This document shows, in pieces, positions 9,571 to 21,487 of a stretch of DNA of 64,000 nt (within the stretch, counting starts at the first letter, position 1; every line of letters starts with the position of its first letter). The position numbers and the translations under genes are program-made. The stretch lies in the NCBI RefSeq assembly GCF_036321535.1, contig NC_087437.1, positions 34,226,001 through 34,290,000 on the forward strand. The letters run 5' to 3'. Under the pieces are notes generated by a model that worked only from the letters and a program-made list of their open reading frames with translations, ran no database searches and was not told the origin of the DNA. Origin of the DNA: Camelus dromedarius. Its lineage: Eukaryota.

Positions 9571-12069
9571 TGAATTATGCAACAAGGGAAATCCGATATG
9601 GTATTGCTGCCTCTAGAGAGGCTCAGAGCAACAGAAGGTTATTGTTTCTTAGCACGATTATATCAGATGCCTGAAAGGCTAAAGACATATGTTTGCCAAA
9701 ACCACCTCCGCTTTTGGAATCTCACAAGGTCAAGTGGCAATCTGCAAACCAGAGTGTATCGCTCTGGGAGACATTTTAGTCATATGATATAATGGCGAAC
9801 TGAACCAATTGTTCATGACTGAGTGGAACTCTAGAATGTTCCGGTATCTTCTGGCTCTTTTTTATCAGGTTACATCTACTACAAAGGATATCATTAAGTT
9901 AGGAATTCCCAGGAAGCATTTCCCACTGGGCCATCAGACCATGTATTGTACAGCTCGTGGTGTACTATGTAACAATAAACCTTGATGATCAAATGCTTAT
10001 AAAAGTCTCCAGTTATAACAGTCAAAGTATAGCAGAGTATGCCCAACATGCCACAGTGCACCACGCACAAGTGCATATTGCCCTTGCTTCTATGGGTGGA
10101 AAGCTACAAAACAGAAGAGAGACAACGAGTTTCTGATTAATGTAAATAAAGCAGTGGGGACCCGGTGATAAATCTGAGTCTCCTGGGGAACAACCCACTC
10201 CCTCCAGATGAGGAAGGCCTAACGGCACAATCAGACTAAACTGTGCCTGGATGTGACGACCCCTCGTTCAACCGTCATGTGAGGGATCCAACATTCTTGA
10301 GAACAAAACACGTATTCTCTCTGCACCCCAGGTCATTAGTGCACAAGGACCACAACACGCGTGGTGGATTCAACAACTCTGATGCACAAGACAGAAAGAC
10401 AGTCTAGGCAGCACGGGACAAACTGATCTGCGTTTAATGAGGAGCAGTATTCAGAGGATGACAATAGATTTTCTTACTACTAGCGTGAAAGGCAACCTAT
10501 GAAGGCCTGTTGTGCAGCTCACAGGGACCAGAGCCATCCAAGTCCCTGATAAGTAAATACACTTTTATTGGATGCCAAAGGTGACTTCAAAATAAAAATC
10601 CCGTGTTTCATTGCACAAGTAGCCATAAAAGGCACCCTGTAAATTTGAAAAACCAGTTACACTCACTTATTTTTTAGTGTCTGTGCCAAGAATATTCTTA
10701 TAAATTCTTAAAGATATTTATGGGCAGTTTGGTTTTCTGAGGGGCATGTTTTTTATGTCAGAGACACTGAAGTTCCATGTGAATCAGAGAAGTTTCCTTT
10801 CATAAAATATAAAATGCACAGTTTCCCATATTTCAACTCCAACTCCTAAAACTCCCTTTTATGAGCCTAAGAGCCCAAAAGGTTCATCTTAGACTAGGTT
10901 TAGATGCCTGCTCCTGTCCCCCTGGTTTAGAAGATCCCCACCAGCCTCACCCCCCTCATTCCCTGAGGCTGCTGCTTAAACTACAGAGTTTTATTGGGTT
11001 GGGAAGAGGAGAGGAAGCGTTCCAAACCATGAAGCAAATGGTAAACAATGAAATATTGATGGCGCCAAAAAGAACCTGGGGGAATCACAGAAGCTCACAT
11101 TACTCAAAAGCCTTGTGGGTTTTATAAAGTTGTTTAGCCATACGTCCAAGGATAATAAAACATAAATACACCACACAGACTCCAACTATGAAAGAAACTA
11201 AGTCTTCCAAACAATACAGAAAAAATTAAATTCTAGGTCTTTAAAGTATTTATTGTCACTTTCTCTGTAGGAACTACAGGCAGATAAGCTGAAATGTGTA
11301 GATTTGAAAATAAATGCCACCCCTCCCCAAACTCAGGGCTGCACACTCTAAGACCAAGCCTCCAGTGCCTTATTATTTAGACACTTACCAGCTTCTCATA
11401 AAAGAAAGAAAAAAAGAGAGATTTGAAACTTTTGGAACACATGTTATTTTGAAAGAACTTTAAAGTATGTTCTTTGGGGATTTTTAAGTAGCTAGTTAAG
11501 AATAAAACAATGTCACATTTAGCTTCTGGTAGAGGATGTTTGAAAGTTGTTTTTTATTTCTTTAGAAAGTTCAAAGCCAGATAATTTGGGGTAATTACTT
11601 AGGCATCTGGAAATACCAACACATTATTTTGGTCTGACCTCAGGGAGATGCAAACATACATTGGACAGTCACATCAACTTTTTCATTGTTTATGGATCCA
11701 GGCTTACAAGGACAGAAAACATCTCAGGCAGAAATGAAAGTCGTTCAATTTATTGGGCTAGGTGAGGGTTTCTGGGTAATTTTTTCCCTTTTCCTCTGAT
11801 CTGTGTTACTGTTACTACTATTACCATGATTTCACAACCACATTTTCACAGATGTTTTCTGCACAAAGCTTCCTCTAGAGCCAAAGAGCTTCAGGCTGTT
11901 CAAAAATAGTTGTGGGGCAAGCAGGTTCTTGCTCAGATTTGTGTGGGCTCCCCCTAGAGACCAAGATGAGAGCCCAGAATTTTGAGAGATCATAGGATGA
12001 AAATAAAGATTCTCAGCAAAAAGTACCTGATAACCTTCTACAGAAGTAGTCATTTAAAGGAGATTATGA

Positions 12070-12235
12070 ACCGTAGGATTGCAAATCGAGCTGGAGGTCA
12101 GAATGACCTAGAGAGTTTTAAAAATACAGCTGCTCAGATCTCTAGGCTTTATGATTCAGAAGTTTTAGGGGAGGGGCCAGACATCTGCATTTCTTCAGAT
12201 TTCCATAGACTGCAGTCAGGAAGGAGAACCTCTGT
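12070..12235. mobile_element. MER5-type hAT element
   Basis: TCAGAATGACCTAGAGAGTTTTAAAAATACAG...TGATTCAGAAG...GGGGCCAGACATCTGCATTT...GAGAACCTCTG. Confidence 0.7.
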
Positions 12236-12470
12236 CCTGTACTGAATAGACAGGTTCCTAAAGGTGGGGCAAGGGAGTTACTTTTCATTTTATATTCAAA
12301 CATATTTTTTTAATTCAAAAAATGTTTATTGAACTGAGCTAGGCATTGCGTAGGATACAAAGATAGTACATCTCTCCCTTAAGACTCTTGCAAAATTGTT
12401 TCAGGTTAAAAATTCAATCAGAATACAAAGTGTATCAAAAGAGTGTCACAAGAGTGGATATGAGAGACTC

Positions 12471-12655
12471 CTTTTCTTTCTTTTTTTAAATTGAAGTATA
12501 GTCACTTTACAATGTTGTGTCGATTTCTGGTGCACAGCATAATAGTTCAGTCATATATACACATACATATGTTCCTTTTCATATTATTTTTCATTATAGG
12601 TTACTAGAAGATATTGAATATAGTTCCCTGTGCTATACAGTATAAACTTGTTTTC
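12471..12655 (-). mobile_element. young artiodactyl-type L1 3' UTR
   Basis: Poly-T then ATTGAAGTATAGTCACTTTACAATGTTGTGTC...GATATTGAATATAGTTCCCTGTGCTATACAG; the same sequence recurs at several other loci in this window. Confidence 0.9.
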
Positions 12656-12693
12656 TAAACGTATGTTTTGAATATTTTTTAAACACATGGCTA

Positions 12694-12747
<54 letters not shown>
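12694..12747. repeat. (TAT)18 microsatellite
   Basis: Directly visible; source of the poly-Asn pseudo-ORF 12584-12778. Confidence 0.97.
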
Positions 12748-12748
<1 letters not shown>

Positions 12749-12896
12749 AACACAGTTTAATTTGTAATCATATATCATAGAAATCTGCCATGACTAAATG
12801 TCCCACAATTCTCTTCCCTCTCTGCTCCTGCCAGAACAGCTGGTAGATGCCTTCTGAGCTTTATCTCTTGGATACCAAGTGTGCTATCCTTTGAGA

Positions 12897-13035
12897 CAGT
12901 GGTCCACAAACCAGGCTAAGCATCAGAATCATCTGAGCTTTACAAAATATGGATTTCCAGGTGCCTCTCTCGGAGAGATCTAATTCAGAACACCTAGGGT
13001 AGCATCAGGAATCTACTTTCAAAAGCCTACCCTGA
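12897..13035. mobile_element. MER5-type hAT element fragment
   Basis: CAGTGGTCCACAAAC...CATCAGAATCATCTG...TCTAATTCAG...CAGGAATCTAC. Confidence 0.7.
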
Positions 13036-13920
13036 GAGAGGTAGAGGGTCTATAGGGGTGGGGTCTGCTGCCTCAGGAGGCTGGCAGATGCAACAGTTTC
13101 CAACTGAGCATTGACACCTGAGAGTCTGGGGACTCAGGACAGGCTTGGCCACCACTGGGCTGGGGAAGGAGAGGGCAGGCTAGAGGGCACCACATGGCTC
13201 TGAGAGGCAAAGAGAGGCAAGGACAACCGCAGACCAGCTCCCCCTCCCGCAGTTTTGCCAGCTGCTAGCCAAAACCTAGTGCTGAACAGATTTTGACTAC
13301 ATCTTTTATCCTTTCACAGACACCCAAGTTATAAAATACAATAAACTCAGTTGCCTTTCAACTGGTTTGGTCTTTGAGACTTCTGTTGAATAAATACTGT
13401 ATGCAAAAGCCATGACAATATAACGAGAAGCAGAGCATCCTAAATTGTGAGTTCTCAGGGGGAAGGGGCAGGGTTCATCCTCCTGTTTCCAGGTTCCAGA
13501 GGTGCCTACTGAGGGCTGGTGGATGCCCAGTGGCGACCATTTGTTCACTAGAAGTCCACCAAGCCTCCTGGTTTCATCTCTAGTCCTTCTTCTGAGTGTG
13601 CTGTGACAAATCACGCATTCAGGGCCTCCTGGTTTCTTTCCTGGTTTACCAACAAGAATTTTTCTGACAAATTTTAAGGGCAGGTCTTCTGAATGAAAGT
13701 TGCTAGAAAATGGAAAACCTTGATAACTATGACAGAATCAGTTCTAGACAATGTCGAGGAAGAGTCTAGAATAAAAATCAAGCCAGGATAGTTTTTCAAA
13801 ATCCTAGAGAACTTGTGGAGATGGGGTGTGAATGGTATTTAAGCCGTTAAAGTGAATCTGTTCACAATTGTGATGTGATATAAACATTAGTCACAAGATA
13901 GCGTCAAAGCTTAAAAGAAG

Positions 13921-14003
13921 GGGGCAAGGGGTACAGCTGACCAATGGGGTGCATGCTTAGCACAAGGTCCTGGGCTGAATCCCCAGTACTTACATTAAAA
14001 ATA
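13921..14003 (+). mobile_element. short, diverged Vic-1-type SINE with TSD
   Basis: GGGGCAAGGGGTACAGCT...GCATGCTTAGCACAAGGTCCTGGG..AATCCCCAGTAC, flanked by AAAGCTTAAAAGAA and AAAGCTTAAGAGAA. Confidence 0.85.
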
Positions 14004-14572
14004 AAAGCTTAAGAGAATTTCTTTCAGCCAGTATTTTGAAGACATGTTTACTTATTGAGATATTTTACATCTGTATAGATACACTCAAACCAGATTCACA
14101 GAATAATATGTATGAAGATAGTACTTAAAAGACATTTACTCTTACTTTTGAAATGTAGCTCTCGCCCTCCTCTTTAAGCCATATATTCTGGTTCTCAGGA
14201 ATATTTTTTCTCTCAAATCCACTTGGTTTAATTTTTTCTTAAGTGCCTTTCTTCACCCGCTTTCAAATAAATTATTTACCCTTTTGAAAATGTTTTAAAC
14301 GTCAGCCCAGCCAAAGCTGATGTAAGTGAACCCAGGGGAATTGACAACACAAAAAATAAAAGTTTGGTTTTTTGTTTTTCCTTTTTCCTTAAATGGAGCT
14401 ACAGAAAAACAAGGGAAAGTTGATAGAAGAATAACCTTAATTCTCCATTTCCAAGGAGGGAAAATGAGTACAAGACAAACTGAGTCATGATGACAGCATC
14501 CTAGATTTTTCCTTTTCCACCTGAAGGCAATAATTAACATATTACAGACACCTATTAGGAATGGACCAATTG

Positions 14573-14605
14573 CACTTGATCTTAGCCAAAAGTCCAAGAA
14601 GCGAT
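14573..14605 (-). pseudogene. RNU2: 3'-truncated (tailless) U2 snRNA retropseudogene, nt 1-33
   Basis: Reverse complement ATCGCTTCTTGGACTTTTGGCTAAGATCAAGTG versus U2 ATCGCTTCTCGGCCTTTTGGCTAAGATCAAGTG (31/33). Flanked by the direct repeat TAGGAATGGACCAATTGC at 14556-14573 and 14605-14622. Confidence 0.95.
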
Positions 14606-15769
14606 AGGAATGGACCAATTGCTAACTTGCAAAAGTTACCTGTTAAATAGAAGAGTGTTATTTTGTCAAAAAAGGAAATGTTGCAGCAAACTACAGTAAA
14701 CATTTAATGTGACTGAGATAACATATGGGATTTCATTAAATAACCTTTAAAAAAAAAAGTGGTATCAGCAGGCATACATTTCACAAAGAAGTTTTGTTTT
14801 GTGGCAAATGACCAAAAATACAAATAATGAACTGTGATTTTCTCAACCTCACAAGAGTAAAATTTTTCAGACTCTGACTTTTAACCTAAGATACATGCAG
14901 AAATGGTTACAGCTTTGGCCAAAAAGGGGATTTTGTACCGAGTGAGTTCCCACCTGTATTTACAAAAGTGCTCCAGGAGGATCAACAAAAAACTTTTTGC
15001 TGTTGTGTATCTCACCACAGCTGGGGGCAAAGGAGCAAGAAAGACGGTAGAAAACCCAGCAGAGCCGAGAAGAAACAGGACAGAGCTTCTTCCTGGGAGC
15101 AAGTGTGGGCAAAGCAATGAACTGGGATCTGTTCCCACAGGAACTGTTTCTGTCTTCATTAAATCAGTGACTCCAGCCAAAGAAATTCCTTGAGGCACTA
15201 GGAATCAGGATTTTTTTTTTAATGCTTTAGCTTGTAATTAAATAAATTATTAATTAAATAAAGTTGATACAGGAGGAGAGCCTGCCTTATTTTTCTACCT
15301 CCGGACCTGAGACCCCTGGCTTCAAAGTGAGAAGGGACCTTAGAATTCACAGAATCCAACTCCTCCACCTTATTCTGATTTCTGTACTTCCTGTCTCCGC
15401 TCAGTGCCTCAGCCTGGTCGCTTGCTAAGCACCCTCTGCCTGCTACTGCTCTGGCCCTGCTACTGCTGCACACTGGCCCTCTTAGCTGCAACATTTTGGG
15501 TCAGCAGAGTCTTTAGATGGAATTAACAAACCCCCAACAAGCCACCTACTCTTTTACACACACACACAACCTTACCCACAAAGGACAAAAGCAAGAACAA
15601 ATTGCTCACCTGAACAGCAGAAGGACAAGCCATTACTGCCTGGTGCCTCAACACAATGGGAATAGGTGGAGTTAGTGTAAAAGCATGGTGCCACTCAGAC
15701 TGCTATGTAGCAATGCGAGGATGGAGTAACGCCAAAGAGAAAGAGGGCAGGCAAAAAATTTTAGTCATT

Positions 15770-16335
15770 TCCAGTGGAGAAACCTGACAAACACTGCTTC
15801 AGCCAGGCGACCAAGGCCAATATCAGCAGTGATGTCATGTGGACGGTGGGTAGCCCTCATCTGATAGATGGAAATGACACTACGTTACCTCTGTGGTCTT
15901 TTCCCAAAACACACAGCCCCAGCCTAAGTCAGGAGAAAATCATCAGCCAAATCCCAAAGGAGAGACATTCTACAAAACACCTGACCAGTCCGCCTCAAAC
16001 TGTCAAGGTCATCAAGAAAAAGGAAAGTCTGAGAAACTGTCACAGCCAAGAGGAGCCTAAGGAGGCACGGTGCTTATACATTAGGTGGCATCCTGGATGG
16101 GATCACTGAGCAGAGAAGAAGATATTAGATAAGAAACAAGGAAATCTGAATGAAGTATGGTACTTTCGTTAATAATATTTTATCAGTATTCATTCGTCAT
16201 TTGTAACAAATGCACCATACTGATGTAAGACATTCATGATAGGGATACAGAGCATTTAAGAGCTCTCTGTGCCATCTTTGTGGTTTTTCTGTGAACCTAA
16301 AACTGTTCTAAAATTAAAAGTTTATCTTAAAAAAT
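15770..16335 (+). mobile_element. L1MC-type 3' UTR
   Basis: CAGTGGAGAAACCTGACAAACAC...CTCAAACTGTCAAGGTCATCAAG..AAGGAAAGTCTGAGAAACTGTCACAG...ATCCTGGATGGGATC...CTAAAACTGTTCTAAAATTAAAAGTTTA. Confidence 0.85.
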
Positions 16336-16469
16336 TCTGTTTATATGGTACATATACTAGCAGTTTTGAAGTCAGAGAGATCAGCTTCTAACCTAGCTTC
16401 TGCTTATTAACCGTGTAACCCTGGGTAATTCCTGACTTCATTTCCCTCTTCTCTCAGTGTCATAGAATC

Positions 16470-17054
16470 TGAAGAGGACCCGAATATGTCATCCCCAAAT
16501 ATGCCACTTTGGCATAGCACTATTTTGATTATTTTAAGCTAAAGGCAACTGAGGAACAGTAGACACAAGACAGGCTCTCTGCCCTCTCCCTTTCTGCCTA
16601 AAATCAGGACATAAATTTCCCTTCGTAAAGGTGACATGCATTTCCATTTGCAAAGGTGTTCCTCTCTCGCAAACCAGGATAAGAACTAGTTTCATCACTG
16701 GAGGGCACCTGGAATCAGAGTCAGCATAACAAACCTTACTAAACAACCCTGATTTACTATCCATTTCCTAGTCAACTTCCCACAGTTTACCCTCCCTGGG
16801 AGCCCCAATCCCATTTCCCTTTATCTAATCACTTCTCCACAATTCATCACCCTTTGTTGAATGATACATAAGTCCACAAATCGAACCACATCTTTGGGTT
16901 TTCACTTCTTTCTTGAAGCCCCTGTGCATATTACAGGAGTAATAAAATCTGTCTGTCTTTCTTTCCTCCTGATATTCTGCCTTTTGTGAGTTCAAATCAC
17001 GGGTCCTAGCTACAGAACCCATGAGGGTAGAAAAACAATTTCTGCTCCCCTACA
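16470..17054 (+). mobile_element. ERV1-class solo LTR (MER34/MER39-like) inserted in a MIR
   Basis: TG...CA ends; CCCCAAATATGCCACTTTGGCATA...ATTTTAAGCTAAAGGCAA; AATAAA near the 3' end; ends CTCCCCTACA; flanks GAATC/AAATC. Confidence 0.8.
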
Positions 17055-17705
17055 AAATCAAGTGAGATCATATAAACTGTGTGTGGGGTTGTAGCTCAGA
17101 GCACAGGAAGCTTCAAATTATTCCCTATTCGTATGACAGTGATAAGTACCTTCTAAAGAATTCTGTTTCCTCAGCTATAATCTAGAGGGAATAATGTACC
17201 TTTATCTCAAAGAGATGTTGTAAGCAGCAGATGGCATGATGCTGATGTAAAATGCCCAGCGCAGCTCCAGACAGGTGAGGCGCTATTACCAAGGTCCCTG
17301 CTGCACCGCTGGCCTTCAGTCAGAGAGCATTCCTTTCCCCCTGGCTCCCCGGGTACAGGCACCAGAGGGGCAAGATCTGGTCCCCCGCTTTGTTAGTTTA
17401 AAAACCACATTTTATCCATCCAGTTAGGTGTGGTCAGATCCAGGGAAACTGAATCCCCTCAGCCAAACTTTCAAGAGATTATTAGCTCACAAACTATCAA
17501 GCTGACGCATATTAAGTTTCCTGGGAAATATAATGGCCAAAGAGACTGTCTGGCTGTGAGGCTGGTTCCTCCCAGCTGGAACACCCTTGAAGAAACCATC
17601 TCAGGTTCAGAAGCCTGCTCAAGACGGATTGGGAGGGAATGCAAATAATGCTATGGTCTCGATGGAATATGTAGCGAGCTCTTGGTAATTCAGTTTCCAG
17701 CCCAC

Positions 17706-18047
17706 TGTTAGGAGCTGACTTACGTCTTCTCAGAATTCACGTGTTGAAATCCCAGCCTTCATTATGTGACTGCATATGGAGGTGAGGCCTTTAAAGAAGC
17801 AATTAAGGTAAAATGAAGTCATTATGGTGGCTCTATTCCAATATGTGTCCTTATAAGCACAGGGGGAAGACATGTGGGGACAAAGAGAGACGGAAGACAT
17901 CTGCAAGCCGAGGAGAGAGGCCTCAAGAAACCACCCTGTGGGTATCTTGATCTTGGACTTGTAGCTTCCAGAACCACAAGAAAATAGATTTGTTGCTTAA
18001 GCCACCCGGTCTGTGACATTTTGTCATGGAAGGCCGAGCAAATAACA
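17706..18047 (+). mobile_element. MLT1A/B-like MaLR solo LTR
   Basis: TGTTA...ATGTGACTGCATATGGAG..GGCCTTTAAAG..AATTAAG..TGTCCTTATAAG..TTGATCTTGGACTT..AAGCCACCCGGTCTGTG..AATAACA. Confidence 0.9.
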
Positions 18048-18274
18048 CCCCCAACTATAGAGAAAGGTCTAGCGAGCCTGGGACAAATCCTTCCTAATAC
18101 CCAATTGCCTTTCTCAGTCCTCCTTCTATGTAATTACAGCACATACTGAGATATGCTACAATTCATCTGTGTAAATAATTTTTTGTGTATAAACTTATTT
18201 GTATAAATAAATTTATTTGTAGGAATATACACAAGCAGATCATCATAATCCCCTGTTGAAATTTTTTAAAATTC

Positions 18275-18548
18275 TAGTATGGAGTTTGCCAAAATAGATT
18301 TCTTTACAAAAAAAAAAAAGATTCTGTGATAAAATACATCTGGAAAATCTTGCATACTGTAGCTTCTCTGAGAAGTTCACCATGTACGTTAACATAATGG
18401 TTTTGAGAAGTCTGACAGTAAAGAATGCGTTTCAGTATTATTTTATTATTTAAAATAATATCTGCAGTATCTGCAGAAATTGCCTGGCCCTGGAATGCTT
18501 TCTTTCTAGTAGGTTTCTATTTACAATTCACTTTGAGGAATGTTGCTC
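18275..18548. mobile_element. MER103-like hAT-Charlie element
   Basis: TTCTGTGATAAAATA..TGCATACT..TTCACCATGTACGTTAACATA..TGAGAAGTCTGACAGTAAAGAA..CACTTTGAGGAATG. Confidence 0.6.
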
Positions 18549-20883
18549 TGGTCTAACCCTTCCCGGTTACCCATCATCGCTTATATGTGTTTCTTCCTCA
18601 GAAATTAGTTAATGTCATCCTTTCTATTCCCATGGCTTTTGTTTTTCACCGGGGGACATTTTTTGGCTGTCTTCCCAGATGCTCAAACTTTGAGTCTGTT
18701 ACTCACACACTATGGAAAAATACAATTCACCTAGCAAAGAACGGCAAAAGGAAAAACGGAAACCATTTGAGTTAGCATCATTATCTTGTTACATCAGTTA
18801 ACTGTGAAAGTTTTGACAGGAACCTAGAGCACACAAGAGAATACAAGAAGCTCCTGCTTGATGAAATGTACTTTTTAAAAGGCTATTTTTTGGAGGCTTT
18901 CTGAGGATCTTTCATTGCAGCTAATATCGTTAAGAGCCAGATGAATAAGATGACTAGCTGGGAACCCATTCGCTACCTGTGGGACAGCTGGAGAGGCTTT
19001 TCTAGAAATTAAAATTTATCCTATCTCTAGCCATCTCCAATCTGAGTTTTATCTTGATTATAAGAGAAAAATTAACTCAAGGAATTAAAAGCCGTTGTTA
19101 CTTATCATTGATTTTTGTCTTACTGCTTGGCCAACAGACCAATAAAAATTATTCCCTTTTTGTTGTTGTTGTTTATTCTTTACCTTCATCTTTCCTAAGA
19201 CCCTGTTTGTCATTTCAGATTCTGCACCTTGGAAGAAAGCACTTCTAGGGGAAAAAAAAAAGATGACCAGCTTGAGAGTAACTATAAAAATTCATTTTCT
19301 AAAATCAGTGAGCTAGCATACAACTTACAAACCTGCTGGATGCCTTTGTGGAACTGCAAATAGAATTAGAGAAAGTGCCCAAAATATCAGAATTGAGAGT
19401 GAAAATGTTGACTATCCCTCATAACATCCACCCTTCCCATTTTTCCCAGGATGTAAGGGAGGCTGTGTGGTACCCAGCAGGAGCAGGCACAGTCATAGCG
19501 AGCTGGCTTCCCACTCAGGTCAGACAACTTTCTAGCTGGATGGACTCTAGGCCATTCAGTCAACCCTTTTGCAAGGCTGCTTCTTCCCTGTAAAATGCTG
19601 CCGTGCCCTCATTATGGGTGGTTCCTAGGAGTAAAACATTGCAGACAGGAGTGAGTCAGTGCTGGACAGAGGTTGGTGGCTGAATATTCTCCCAGATTGG
19701 AGAAAAGAAAGCCTCAAGGTGGCAGGAAGGGATAGCAGGACACATCTGGAGATATTTTCAAGAGATGGGTAAAAGGAGTATCTTTGTGATGGGCAGAAAA
19801 TTATCTAAAAGTCATTTACTCAAGACAATTCTATTGGCCAAGATTTAGCTTCTCTCCATCTCCCCTCACCCCTCCCACCTCCTGAAACATCTTCAGTTTC
19901 CTTACTGTGGTGTGTCTTTCATGCCCCTTCCAGTTATCCAATTAAAATCCAGCCCTAATCACTTCACTGACCTATTCAAAAGACTGGTTTTCTCCACTGC
20001 CTTTGGGGTCAAGACCAAAATTCTTAGCATGGCACAGAAGACGCTTCACAACTTAATCCTATCCTACCGCTCCTGCAGCTTCTTCCTACCAATCTTCTTC
20101 CTACCAATCTTCCTACCAACTTCCCCCTGCCCCACACCCAATCCAGCAGTACAAATGAAGCCTTTGTCATCACAGCAAGACGAAGGGCCCAGAGGAAGCC
20201 TCACCTCTACACCCCAGAATGGATCCCTGGCAGGCCCCCAGGAGCCCTGTTTACATAAGGACCAAATAACCCCAAGAGGAACAAGGCAAAAGAAGCATTG
20301 GCACTAATGCTTACCCCAGGAACACAGGCATTTAAGGCGACCCCAGTGTAAGAGGGGCCTAAGGAAGAGACGCTGTGGGGGTTGTAGAAAAAGGATTGTG
20401 CTTTACTGGCAGGCTAGGCACTGTCTAGGGGCAGCCCTCAGGTTATCTGATTCTAATCTTTCATTGCCTTTGAGCTGTTTTACAACCTTTTCAGTTGTAA
20501 GTAATTGATAGTAATGCAAGGTGATTCACATCGATGTGCAAATTCTGTCCTGTCTGGTAGAGGTCCAATTGATTTCCCTAGGCCCTGTGGAAAAATCAGT
20601 TTACTTCTATTTGCACATTCATTTCAATATTTCTGATCTATAAATATGTCTGTTCTTCGAATTACAGTGTCTACCTGGTTCCTTCATTGATTAATGGGTA
20701 AAATAAAATCTTTAACGTCGATGTATGTTATGATATGTGTGTGTGTGGCATGACTTTAATTTTAATTATCTTTTAATAGAGGGTAAGATGCTGTCTAGTC
20801 CCACTCAAATTTCTTCCAAGTCAACCCAGAGAGATATTGTCTCAGAATCTTCAGGGAGTCACAGGAGACCGAGGGAGTAATGT

Positions 20884-21487
20884 TGAGACAGGAGGGAAGG
20901 GGGCAGGGCACAGCCATTAACAGAATGACACAGCAGTCAGCACCAAGATGGTGGAAGAGCCAACTCCTAGTAGACCCTGAGCTTCAATATACGCTCACTG
21001 TAATACGTTAGCTGCTAAATGGCCCTCCCAAAGGTGCCAGGACAGTTTCAAGGCTGACCATAAAAGGTCAAAAAGTGAGTGATGGCCCAGTTCCTGGGAA
21101 TCGCAGCCCCTTCCCCAAAGTAGTTGTAATAATCCTCCCACTTGTTAGCTTATGAAGTTACCAAGCCCATAAAAACTAACAACACTCGTGGCCTTTCTCT
21201 TGGCTTTTGCGATGGCCTGCACTCTGTCTATGGTGTGTGTATTTACTTTTACTTCAAACTAAACATCCACCCCCATGCCTTGTGGCCTCTCTGGCCTTCT
21301 GAGATGGCCTTCACTCTGTCTATGGAGTACGTATCTCTCTGAATAAATCTACTTTTACTCAACTATGGCTCGCTTTTGAATTCCTTCCTGCATGAAGCCA
21401 AAGACCCTCAGTTGATGGGGCGCGTCCTAGGGACTCGCCTGGGACCTCGGACTTGGTCATCCTCTCGTGCCCCAGTTTCCTGTATCA
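20884..21487 (+). mobile_element. MER41-like ERV1 solo LTR (604 bp)
   Basis: Termini TGAGACAGGA...TCCTGTATCA (9/10 inverted); perfect 4-bp TSD ATGT; CCAAGATGG; CAGTTCCTGGGAA..CCCCTTCCC..AATAATCCTCCCACTTGTTAGC and CTCTGTCTATGGAGTA resemble MER41. Confidence 0.85.

Noticed and set aside
12584..12778. Poly-Asn ORF
   Set aside because: Translation of a (TAT)n microsatellite plus L1 3' UTR.
14556..14622. CRISPR-like repeat-spacer-repeat
   Set aside because: Eukaryotic DNA, only two repeats, and the spacer is U2 snRNA; this is a target-site duplication.
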